Source of the DNA: Nitrospinales bacterium
GTDB lineage: Bacteria; Nitrospinota; Nitrospinia; Nitrospinales; VA-1
Assembly: GCA_965262115.1 (NCBI GenBank)
Contig: OZ253496.1
Span: forward strand, 128,001 to 192,000
Direction of reading: 5' to 3'
DNA length: 64,000 bases
Part shown: in pieces, positions 1 to 8,861 of the stretch
How the letters are laid out: each line of letters opens with the position of its first letter
How positions within the stretch are numbered: the stretch's first letter is position 1
Position numbers and translations under genes: made by a program
The notes under the pieces: generated by a model
Database searches by the model: none
Seen by the model: only the letters and a program-made list of their open reading frames with translations
What the model was told of the DNA's origin: nothing

Positions 1-285
1 GTTTTGGCGGGGGTAACTACAAGTTAAACTTCTATGAAGGTCCATCTTTTATTGTTTGCGTCAATTTTAAACCTAAGGGAGAGCCCAAGTGGATTCCCTT
101 ACTTCCCGAAAAAGCTGGTTCTGATCCTGAACCGGCGTAACCGCCGGGGGCAGTGAGCAATGGCTTTATACCTCTCCGGGGCACGAAGGCTTAGGGATAA
201 TCACGTCTGGCTAGGAACAAGTTGTCTCGGCTTAACAAATCATTGCTACTTTACCCTTTTGGGGCAGGAATGTTGAGGAAGAATA

Positions 286-798
286 GCACCTTTTCGCGGA
301 TGATTTGGTGAACGGGGCCCCGAATTTTCTTTCAGGGGTGAATAAGGTTTTGGACTTCAGCCTTCTGGAAAAGGAGTTGTCAGGGATTTATAGCTGCAAT
401 ACGGGCCGCCCGTCTTATCCGCTGGTTCTTTTATTCAAAACCCTTTTGCCGCAAAATGGTACAACCTTTCTGATCCTGGCCTGGAAGAAGCGTTGTCGGG
501 CCGGATCAGCTTTCGCCGTTTTGTGGGCTTGAGCTTACCGGTTGCGGCGGACGCGATACATCGGTTCAAATCACCCTGGCTTGCAGGGCCATGAATATAA
601 AACGATGCCTTGTTTTAGCCCGGACCTGAAAGAGGTGTGGATGGGAGAGAAAAAGCCTTGAGAATGCGGAGAAGCGGAAAACAAACAGCAATAAAAACCG
701 CATGAAACAGAGAAAATTAGTCAAAAAATAACGATCTGTTCTGAAGGCCAACGCGATTCAACCCCGATTACTCAAATATACCCTGATGCAAAGGTCTC
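286..798 (+). mobile_element. Defective IS5-family (IS1106-like) element, copy A: left end missing, transposase frameshifted and internally deleted, right terminal repeat intact
   Basis: N-terminal transposase reads FADDLV...GRPSYP...LLFK, then in a shifted frame KWYNLSDPGLEEALSGRISFRRFVGL. It jumps at ~535 to a C-terminal remnant. It ends in ATGCAAAGGTCTC (786-798), the reverse complement of a GAGACCTTTGCA IS1106-type end. 261-527 matches the reverse complement of ~3778-4043. Confidence 0.8.
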
Positions 799-1260
799 TT
801 TCCCAAGGAGAGTTTTGCGTAAGCTGAAAAAGCGTAAAGTTGAGATTCTTCGCTGTGTTCAGAAAGCTGCGGGAACCGATAAAACCCTGCGGAATTCCGC
901 CTGTCACCGGCGTTTCAGTTCAATCCGGTCGCCATGAGGTCGCGATCGACCCCTGACCTCCCCCTGTGCCGTGCACCCTCAGATTCCCAAGCGGACAAGT
1001 CCATGCGGGGATTCTGTCAGAACCGGGGCGGTACGGGCATTTTCAGGGACGCCCCTCTGCCGGGGAACGACAAAGGTTTTCACCTTTGACGACCGGTTTG
1101 GCGGGTTTGCCTGGTCTCCTGCCAGATCAGGATGATTTTTGCTTGCATCTTTACCGAAACACGTTTATGGTACCGACACGCCATGGTGCTGTGAGCATTG
1201 GCAGTATTAGTTAGACGTTGCTCTTGCGAAGCGTGAAAACCAGCAACAAATTTTGGAGCT

Positions 1261-3113
1261 ATGCTGTTGAAAGTTCAGATTATTAAATGTGTGGTGTTTA
1301 CCGCAACCTGTATGCTTGCCTCGCTTGGTGCCGCCCAAACAATTACCATCAATGAAGGGGATATGCGCTCTGAGACGGTCACCTTGTCAGACCCTGACAC
1401 GATCATCATCAACAATGGCGAAATCACAACGGGGAGTGAGGTGAAAACCATAAACAGTGAGGGAACCACAAGCACAACAGTAATAGGAAGCCGCTCTCAC
1501 GGCATTTTCTCGTCAGGCTCTGGCGCGATGATCACCAATAATGCGGACGGCACAATCACAACGGCAGGAAGCGTCTCTCACGGCATTTCCTCGGATGGCT
1601 TTGACGCGGTCGTCACCAATAGCGGCGCAATCACAACGACAGGATTCCAATCTCACGGCATTTTAATTTTAGCGCAGGGGATTGACGGGACTGACGCGGT
1701 CGTCACCAATGACGGCGCAATCTCAACGACTGACGATAGCTCTCACGGCATTTTCTCGTCAGGCTCTGGCGCGACCATCACCAATAGCGGCGCAATCTCA
1801 ACGACTGGCGATAACTCTCACGGCATTTTCTCGGAGGGCGATGGCGCAATTACCATCAGCGGCAGTGTGTCTGTCAGTGGCGAGAATTCCTTTGTGGTGA
1901 AAGGGTCCGATGCGGGAGATCAAACGCTGACCCTGGGTCGTGGAGCGATGACGAACGGGGCGTTTAGTCTGGGAGAAAGGGATAACGACAATGATATCGC
2001 CAACATTTGGGTGGCTGACACCGCAAGGTCGTCGACTTACACTATCGGCGGGGCGACCTCATCAATCTGTTTAACAACGAAGAGCAAGACGCGCGGGTAC
2101 TTCAACTGCCGCAGGTAAGGAATGTTGCTGGCGATACTGTGGCTGTGCTCGACCCGACGGGTTCGTCCGCCGAACGCATGGCGCTGGGTTCTGCCGCAGG
2201 CCAGATATACGCCGTGGTGTTTCAGCGGTTGGCGGACGTGCGACGGCCTGAGAGGCTGGGCGGCGACGCTGGCAGGACAACCAGAGGGTCCGGCTGGGGT
2301 ACTTTTTTCGGTGGTGGGCACGAGCGTGATGACGACGGCCTGGCGCTGGCTTGGTCGAGCAACCGTTTTGGTGCGGTCGGGGGCTACGATATCCGCCTGG
2401 ACAGCAGGCATCGGGTCTGCCTGTTTGCCGGGGGCAGCCGCGGGCATATTGAAACCGATGCCAGATCAATTGAGACCGACACCAACAGCGGGTTTATCGG
2501 CGCTTACGGGCAACGGACTCTGGGCGGCGGCTGGGACCTGAGCGGGTCAGTGACCATCGGCTATGAAAGCCATAACAGCGATCGCGCCGTGTTCGACAAC
2601 CTCGCAGGGGATGAAACCGCTGACGGGGATTACGGCAGTTTCTATGTCAATCCGTCCTTGGCTCTCGCATGGTTTCATAAACTGGAAGACGGCTTTGAGT
2701 TCCGGCCCAGCGCGCAGATTGCCTATACCTACGGTCATTATAGCGGTTACACCGAAAGCGGCACGGAAAACTCCAATTTACGCTTCGATGGCCGGGATGT
2801 GCATATTTTCGACAGCCGCCTGCAACTGGCGCTGGCGCAATCCTTTACCGAGGACCGGGGAGAGCTTGAGGTGCGCGGCGGCGCTACGTTCACGCATTAT
2901 GGTGATGACAATGCCGGTGTCAGCCTGGGCGGAGGTGATTCAATCTCTTACCGGGTGCCGGGTGACGAGACCATCCCCGCCGGGTATGTGGGTGCCAGTC
3001 TGCGTTACGCCGTCAGGAAAACGATCAACCTGGTCAGCGATGTGGAATATCACAATGGCACGGGCGGCACGGAATCCATATCGGGTTATCTGGGGCTGAG
3101 GGTTCGGTTTTGA
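1261..3113 (+). pseudogene. Autotransporter (type Va) with repeat-rich passenger, split by one frameshift near 2050-2056
   Basis: Signal peptide, then ~24-aa repeats ITNSGAITTTGxxSHGI (ORF 1261-2118). ORF 2139-3113 is a beta-barrel ending in ...YLGLRVRF, and its frame is open upstream to ~2055. Confidence 0.85.
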
Positions 3114-4062
3114 CGCGGAGATTCTTAAGGCTTTTTCTCTCCAATCGACACCTCTTTCAGGTCCGGACTAAAACAAGGCATCTTTTTATATTCATGGCCA
3201 TGCAAACCAGGGTGATTTGAACCGCTGTCCACGTCAATCCGATATAGCGTCGTGCCCTGCGCACAACGGTAATGGTTCTTAAGGATACCGAAGACATGTT
3301 CTACGGGGGAGCGTAATTTAGTCATGCGTTTGTTGAATGCGGTCTGAGCAGGTTTCAGGGGATGATACTGATTGGGCCGATGCATGATGCCAGCAAAAAT
3401 ACCGCGCTCTTCAAGCGCCTTACGCCGGGCGCGTTTGTCATAAGCCTTGTCTGCATACACCGCTTTCTCATCACCCATCACCAGGTCATCGACCGGTGTC
3501 GTGTCATTGACATTGGCCGGGGTGATGATCACACGGCGAACCCATCCGGACTTCCGATCTACTGCCGTATGCATCTTGTAACCGCAAGCATTTTCTTTAT
3601 GTTGGCGACCGTACACACCGGCTTCGGGGTCTACCGCTTTTTTCGGACTGGAAGAGCGAACAAACGATGCGTCCAGCATCGTTCCCTGTTTGATCACAAA
3701 GCCCTGCGATTCAAACTGGGTATTTAACGAGGACAATAACTTGTTGTAACGGTCTCCCGGTTGAAAACGAAACCGGCCCACAAAACGGCGAAAGCTGATC
3801 CGGCCCGACAACGCTTCTTCCAGGCCAGGATCAGAAAGGTTGTACCATTTTGCGGCAAAAGGGTTTTGAATAAAAGAACCAGCGGATAAGACGGGCGGCC
3901 CGTATTGCAGCTATAAATCCCTGACAACTCCTTTTCCAGAAGGCTGAAGTCCAAAACCTTATTCACCCCTGAAAGAAAATTCGGGGCCCCGTTCACCAAA
4001 TCATCCGCGAAAAGGTGCTATTCTTCCTCAACATTCCTGCCCCGAAGCAACTGTGTTAAATG

Positions 4063-5013
4063 TCAAGTGCTGGCAATGAGATTTTCATTCCAGAGTGTTT
4101 TTGTTTTGATCATGGTATTGATGATCGTTAATAACTTTCTCATGCATGCGGTAATGGCAACTTTAAAGGGTTTGCCCTTTTCGATGAGGCGTGTGTAAAA
4201 GGTACGAATCACGGGATTATGCTGCATGGCAGTGACGGCGGCCATGTATAAAGCGGCACGCACATTGGCGCGGCCGCCCCAGATACACCGGCGGCCCCGG
4301 AACTTTCCGCTGTCCCGATTGAGGGGAGCGAGACCGATAAGGGCGGCGATTTGCTTCTGATTAAGAACTCCAAGTTCCGGAACCCCGGCCAAGAGGTTGA
4401 CAGCCAGAACGGGACCGGCACCGGGAACACTTTGTATAATCTGGTCGTGCTCACGCCAGGCAGAACTGTTTTTGATGGTTCTGGAAAGGTCGCCATCGAT
4501 TTTTCGCAAGCGTTTTTTAAGAGATTCGATATGCTCCTTAATGTCTTTACATATCCATTTTGGAGCTTGTTTTAGACGGGTTTTTTCTTTGGTCAGCATC
4601 TCGATCAACTGGCGACGGCGTGTCACTAGAGCTGAGAGTTCAAGAGATTCTTCGTCTTTGATTTTCCTGACCTCAGGACGTACGGCCCTGGCAAAATGGG
4701 CCAGCACAAGAGAATCAATGACATCGGTTTTTGCCAGTTTCCCGGTGGCTTTGGCAAAATCACGAACTTGCCGTGGGTTGACCACGGCTACTGGCAGTCG
4801 ACCCGCAACCAGGGCCGAAGCCAACGGGATCTCTAAGCCGCCTGTGGCTTCCAAAACGATCAATGGAGGATTTAAGGCGGATAAACTCTCGACCAAACCA
4901 GCAATCCCTTCCTCATTGTTAGCGGTTTGCCAGGTTTCTTGAGTCATGCTGTCAGCAACATCCAGATGGAGTTTAGAAATATCGATGCCAATAAAATGGG
5001 GTTTCTGATTCAT
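4063..5013 (-). CDS. IS110 recombinase (DEDD RuvC-like domain plus Tnp domain)
   Basis: GIDISK, VLEATG and KTDVID supply the DEDD residues; PLNRDSGK carries the catalytic Ser; ACMRKLL near the C-terminus. Intact 316 aa. Confidence 0.95.
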   Translation of the reverse strand: MNQKPHFIGIDISKLHLDVADSMTQETWQTANNEEGIAGLVESLSALNPPLIVLEATGGLEIPLASALVAGRLPVAVVNPRQVRDFAKATGKLAKTDVIDSLVLAHFARAVRPEVRKIKDEESLELSALVTRRRQLIEMLTKEKTRLKQAPKWICKDIKEHIESLKKRLRKIDGDLSRTIKNSSAWREHDQIIQSVPGAGPVLAVNLLAGVPELGVLNQKQIAALIGLAPLNRDSGKFRGRRCIWGGRANVRAALYMAAVTAMQHNPVIRTFYTRLIEKGKPFKVAITACMRKLLTIINTMIKTKTLWNENLIAST

Positions 5014-5015
5014 AA

Positions 5016-5225
5016 TTTGGTCTCCCAGCCTTGCCGATGCGGGCTCAGTGGCCCAGGCAACTGTTCGGGTTAATCAAAATAGGACACAACGATCTGCGCT
5101 TCGGGACGGGCTTAAAAGCCCAAGGGGTAAACGATCTATTGTGCCCTGAATCAAATCCTGGGAGCTTGTGGAAAACACAAAACCGGCTTCCCACAGGGCT
5201 CACAGGTACAACTACTACAAATTCC
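5016..5225 (-). ncRNA. Predicted IS110 bridge RNA (5' stem-loop, target-binding loop, donor-binding loop)
   Basis: 5' hairpin at 5157-5206. Target loop closed by GGGCACAAT/GTTGTGTCC with internal hairpin GGGCTT-TT-AAGCCC, flanked by TTTACCCCT (5131-5123) and CCCGAAG (5105-5099). Donor loop has ACAGTTGC (5064-5057), hairpin GGGC-CACTGA-GCCC and CAAG (5033-5030). RNA ends are approximate. Confidence 0.85.
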
Positions 5226-5405
5226 CCTTATGAACAACATACAAGGGGTACAACGGACCCAGTTGCTTTTGCATTCCCATTCCTCCAGCAATCGTTAAAA
5301 AAATACCTCAACGCATTATAAACCTGTCTCCAAATGCTATACTTATGCAAAGGTCTCTTGTTAGAGGGCCAGCCTGACCCATCCTGCAATCTCGAGTTTT
5401 GATTT

Positions 5406-8400
5406 ATGAACGAAAGGGCCCCTATTATTGAGAGTGAAGATTTTTCATTCTATGTCGATCAGGTTCAAAAATGGACGGAAGAATCGGGCCGCCCTATTGT
5501 TGTTGAGGGTTTGAGAGGTGCCTCCCGGGCTTTTTTTCTGTCGCGGTTGATCAAGCTCAAAAACCGGCCTGTGGTTATTTTTACCGCAGATCAAAACCGG
5601 GGTGAGGTTTTACTGGACGATCTTAAATACTTTTTCCGCCTCGATAAAATAAAGCGCTCCCCATGTTTTTTTCCTGCTTGGGAGCTCCTTCCCTACGAAC
5701 CGCTTTCCCCTTTAAACGAAATATCCGGAGAAAGGCTGGACATTCTCAACCGGCTTCGAACCGGAGAGCCTTTAATTCTGGTCGTACCATTGGAGGCAGG
5801 TCTGCAAAGAGTCATGCCTCGCTCGGTTCTGGAAAAACTGGTTTTTCCGGTTGACCGTAAAATGAGCCTGGAGCGGGAGTTTTTAGAAGCCTGCCTGTCC
5901 GACAATGGTTTTGCGCGTTCTCCGTTGGTGGAAACCAGGGGCGAGTTCAGCGTGCGGGGAGATATTGTTGATTTCTTCCAGCCCGGCAGTATGAACCCGA
6001 TTCGCATCGAATTTTTTGGCGACGAAGTGGAATCCATTCGAGAGTTTGATGTGTTATCCCAAGTCTCTATAAATGAACTGGAAAGCGTGAATATTCTTCC
6101 TGTGCGAGAGCTTTGCCTGAACGATGCAGAAAAAAAACAGGGCGTGGAAGCCATCAATAACTTCGCCGGGAAAAATGAGAGCGACCGCTTGGCACTGAAG
6201 GAGCTTCTGGAAAAAATTCAGCATCTCGGGGTGTTTTCCGGCATGGAATATCTGGCCCCTTTTTTCTATTCCACTGGCGAAACGCTTTTTGACTATTTGC
6301 ATCGGGATTCCCTGATTGTGTTTGAGGAGGAGGACCGGTTACAGGATAAATCTGAACAGTTTCACGATCTCATTGAGATGGAGTATCACGCGATTATGGA
6401 AAATGGGGATATCGCCGCTTCTCCAGAAGAATTGTATTTGACGATGGATGCGTTCAAAAATCATGTGACCGAATTTAATGGATGCATTGCCTTGAACAGC
6501 CTGAAAACTTCAGATGATGAAGCGGGTCGTACCCTTGGTCTGGAGATGAAACCTATTCCCTCTTTAGCCGGAAGGTTTGAAGCTTTCAGCGAACAAGTCC
6601 TTAAATGGCAGGAAGATGAAAATAAGGTGGTGGTTGTGGCGCCGACAAAGGGGCAGGTTCGCCGCATTCATGAGTTGCTTCATGATTGGGGACTGGAAAT
6701 CGATGTGGACCTTGGACGAATCAGTGAAGGCTTTCAATTAAAATCATTCAATCAGATTTTCATCGCCGAGCACGAAATATTTGGTAGAACCCACAAGCAC
6801 CGGCATCGCAGAAAGCCCCGTTCGCAAGCTTTTCAACGGGGACTAAAGGATTTAAGAGAAGGTGATTTTCTGGTGCATATTGATTATGGCATTGGCCTGT
6901 ATCAAGGGACACGGGAACTGCAAACCGGGGTGGGCGGCGGAGAGTTTTTGGAAATTATATATGCTGATGACGAAAAACTGTATCTCCCAATGGAAGCGCT
7001 TGGACTCGTTCAAAAATATGTAGGGTCAACGGAAACTCCGCCGCCATTGAGCAAAATGGGGGGAGCCGCCTGGAAGCGCCAGAAGAAAAAAGTCAGGGAA
7101 GCAATTCAGGAAATGGCGGGAGATTTACTTAAACTTTATGCTTCCCGGGAGATGGCTCACGGTCATGCTTATTCAAACAATACTCTTATGATGCGAGAGT
7201 TTGCCGACGCGTTCGAGTATGAGGAAACCGAGGATCAATCCAAAGCCATTGAGGATGTGGAAGCGGATCTGGAAAAGGACAAACCCACCGACAGGTTGAT
7301 CTGCGGGGATGTAGGCTATGGTAAAACGGAAGTCGCAATGCGGGCGGCTTTCAAGGTGGTTCTGGATAAAAAACAGGTTGCCGTATTGGTGCCAACCACG
7401 ATTCTCGCTCAGCAACATTTGCAGACCTTTCGTGAACGTTTTCGTGAATACCCGGTCAATATTGACATGGTCAACAGGTTCCGTACTCCGAGTGAGCAAA
7501 AGGAGACTTTAGCGCAGCTGAAAAAAAGTAATGTTGATATTATTATAGGAACGCATCGATTGTTGTCTAAGGATGTAGAGTTTGTCTCGCTCGGCTTGAT
7601 CATTATCGACGAGGAACAAAAGTTTGGCGTCAAACATAAAGAAAAATTGAAGAAGCTCAGAAACTCTGTGGATATTCTTACGCTCACAGCGACACCGATT
7701 CCTCGCACCCTGCATTTTTCCTTGATGGGGGTGCGTGATATGAGCGTCATCGAAACCCCTCCTGTTGACCGTCTTGCGGTAAAAACCTTTATTCGCAAGT
7801 TTGATGAAAAAGTGATCCGTGAAGCAATCATGAGGGAAGTAGACCGTGGCGGGCAGGTATTTTTTGTGCATAACAAAATTCGCAGTATCCATTCTATCGC
7901 CGAAATGATTCGAAGGGTGGCTCCTGGAGTAAAAATAGACATCGCCCACGGCCAACTGCCGGAACACCAGTTAGAAACGGTGATGAAAAAATTTATGGAT
8001 AAGGAAGTGGATCTTTTGCTGAGTACATCCATTGTTGAGTCTGGACTTGATATTCCCTCCGCCAATACCATCATTATCAATCGCGCCGACCAGTTTGGAC
8101 TGGCTCAGCTTTACCAATTGCGCGGCAGGGTGGGGCGATACAAGCATCAGGCCTATGCCTATCTGTTGATCCCGGGGACAGGAGGTTTGAGTGATGAGGC
8201 TCGCAAACGTCTTAGTGCGATTGAGGAAATGAGTGAGCTTGGGGCGGGTTTTCAGCTTTCGGCGCGTGATATGGAAATCCGCGGAGTGGGTAATATGCTT
8301 GGGCACAACCAATCCGGTCACATCACCTCTGTGGGTTTTGACCTTTATTGCAAACTGGTTGAGGACATGGTGAAAGATATCCGTGGGGAAAAAACCGAGT

Positions 8401-8861
8401 CCCGCATTGAGACGGAACTGGATTTGATGGTAAAAGGATTCATTCCAAAGGATTATGTCCCGGATCTGAATCAGCGCCTGGATTTTTACCGGAGGATACA
8501 GGTTGCCAGCGAGCAGGACGAAGGCCTGTCGATAGCGAGTGAATTGGCAGACAGGTATGGTCCACACCCTGACCCGGCAGCAAAACTTCTGGCTCTCTTA
8601 GAGATACGCATATTTTGTCAGCAGATCCATATTTCCAAAATCGAAATGAAGCAAAAGGAAGTCATTTTGCATTTATTGCCTTCAACGCCTATCAATCCAC
8701 AAGCATTAACTTCCATGTTCGATGAACGTTTGAGTATCCGGTCGGAATACAAAATTAGTATACGTTTGGATCGCAAGGGATGGAAAACGGATTTAAAACT
8801 TATCGGGAATTATTTGCAAAAGCTGGCGCATTCGTTGCGGCCCATCGAGGTGGAAAATTGA
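5406..8861 (+). CDS. mfd: Transcription-repair coupling factor
   Basis: UvrB-like N-terminus (RGDIVD), CarD-like VHIDYGIG, GDVGYGKT, DEEQKFG, QLRGRVGR, TRCF C-terminus; 1151 aa. Confidence 0.97.
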   Translation: MNERAPIIESEDFSFYVDQVQKWTEESGRPIVVEGLRGASRAFFLSRLIKLKNRPVVIFTADQNRGEVLLDDLKYFFRLDKIKRSPCFFPAWELLPYEPLSPLNEISGERLDILNRLRTGEPLILVVPLEAGLQRVMPRSVLEKLVFPVDRKMSLEREFLEACLSDNGFARSPLVETRGEFSVRGDIVDFFQPGSMNPIRIEFFGDEVESIREFDVLSQVSINELESVNILPVRELCLNDAEKKQGVEAINNFAGKNESDRLALKELLEKIQHLGVFSGMEYLAPFFYSTGETLFDYLHRDSLIVFEEEDRLQDKSEQFHDLIEMEYHAIMENGDIAASPEELYLTMDAFKNHVTEFNGCIALNSLKTSDDEAGRTLGLEMKPIPSLAGRFEAFSEQVLKWQEDENKVVVVAPTKGQVRRIHELLHDWGLEIDVDLGRISEGFQLKSFNQIFIAEHEIFGRTHKHRHRRKPRSQAFQRGLKDLREGDFLVHIDYGIGLYQGTRELQTGVGGGEFLEIIYADDEKLYLPMEALGLVQKYVGSTETPPPLSKMGGAAWKRQKKKVREAIQEMAGDLLKLYASREMAHGHAYSNNTLMMREFADAFEYEETEDQSKAIEDVEADLEKDKPTDRLICGDVGYGKTEVAMRAAFKVVLDKKQVAVLVPTTILAQQHLQTFRERFREYPVNIDMVNRFRTPSEQKETLAQLKKSNVDIIIGTHRLLSKDVEFVSLGLIIIDEEQKFGVKHKEKLKKLRNSVDILTLTATPIPRTLHFSLMGVRDMSVIETPPVDRLAVKTFIRKFDEKVIREAIMREVDRGGQVFFVHNKIRSIHSIAEMIRRVAPGVKIDIAHGQLPEHQLETVMKKFMDKEVDLLLSTSIVESGLDIPSANTIIINRADQFGLAQLYQLRGRVGRYKHQAYAYLLIPGTGGLSDEARKRLSAIEEMSELGAGFQLSARDMEIRGVGNMLGHNQSGHITSVGFDLYCKLVEDMVKDIRGEKTESRIETELDLMVKGFIPKDYVPDLNQRLDFYRRIQVASEQDEGLSIASELADRYGPHPDPAAKLLALLEIRIFCQQIHISKIEMKQKEVILHLLPSTPINPQALTSMFDERLSIRSEYKISIRLDRKGWKTDLKLIGNYLQKLAHSLRPIEVEN

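Larger units (their letters stand above)
4046..5245 (-). mobile_element. IS110-family element (IS110/IS621 group), copy 1
   Basis: Bounded by a duplicated CT core (AG on + at 4046-47 and 5244-45), no terminal inverted repeats, ~230-bp non-coding region upstream of the ORF. Near-identical to 61712-62911. Confidence 0.95.
3121..5357 (-). mobile_element. IS5-family (IS1106-like) element, copy B: frameshifted transposase, right end truncated, interrupted by a short repeat and by IS110
   Basis: Left end GAGACCTTTGCAT at 5357, GGAGG RBS, and ATG CAA AAG CAA CTG GGT starting at 5274. DDE motifs LDASFV, GYKMHTAVD, YADKAYD and RSPVEHVFG are in ORF 3125-3811. Similarity to copy A stops at ~3121, ~130 bp short of a right end. 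Confidence 0.85.

Noticed and set aside
70..240. Possible riboswitch (TPP-like CTGATCCTGAACCGGCGTAA), 6S RNA or RNase P fragment
   Set aside because: Core consensus elements are missing, and the segments recur elsewhere as repeat modules.
415..470. Programmed ribosomal frameshift in the IS5 transposase
   Set aside because: No clear slippery heptamer, and both copies carry further lesions; a shared mutation is simpler.
800..1250. ORF 966-1214 and a possible IS end (CTGTCAGAACC)
   Set aside because: No recognisable protein motif and no partner repeat found.
1490..1830. Regularly spaced repeats resembling a CRISPR array
   Set aside because: They are in-frame coding repeats of the autotransporter, the 'spacers' are homologous to each other, and no cas genes are present.
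5031..5321. 96-aa and 104-aa ORFs antisense to the IS110 leader (also 62697-63011)
   Set aside because: They run across the element boundary with different C-termini and overlap the bridge RNA; spurious.
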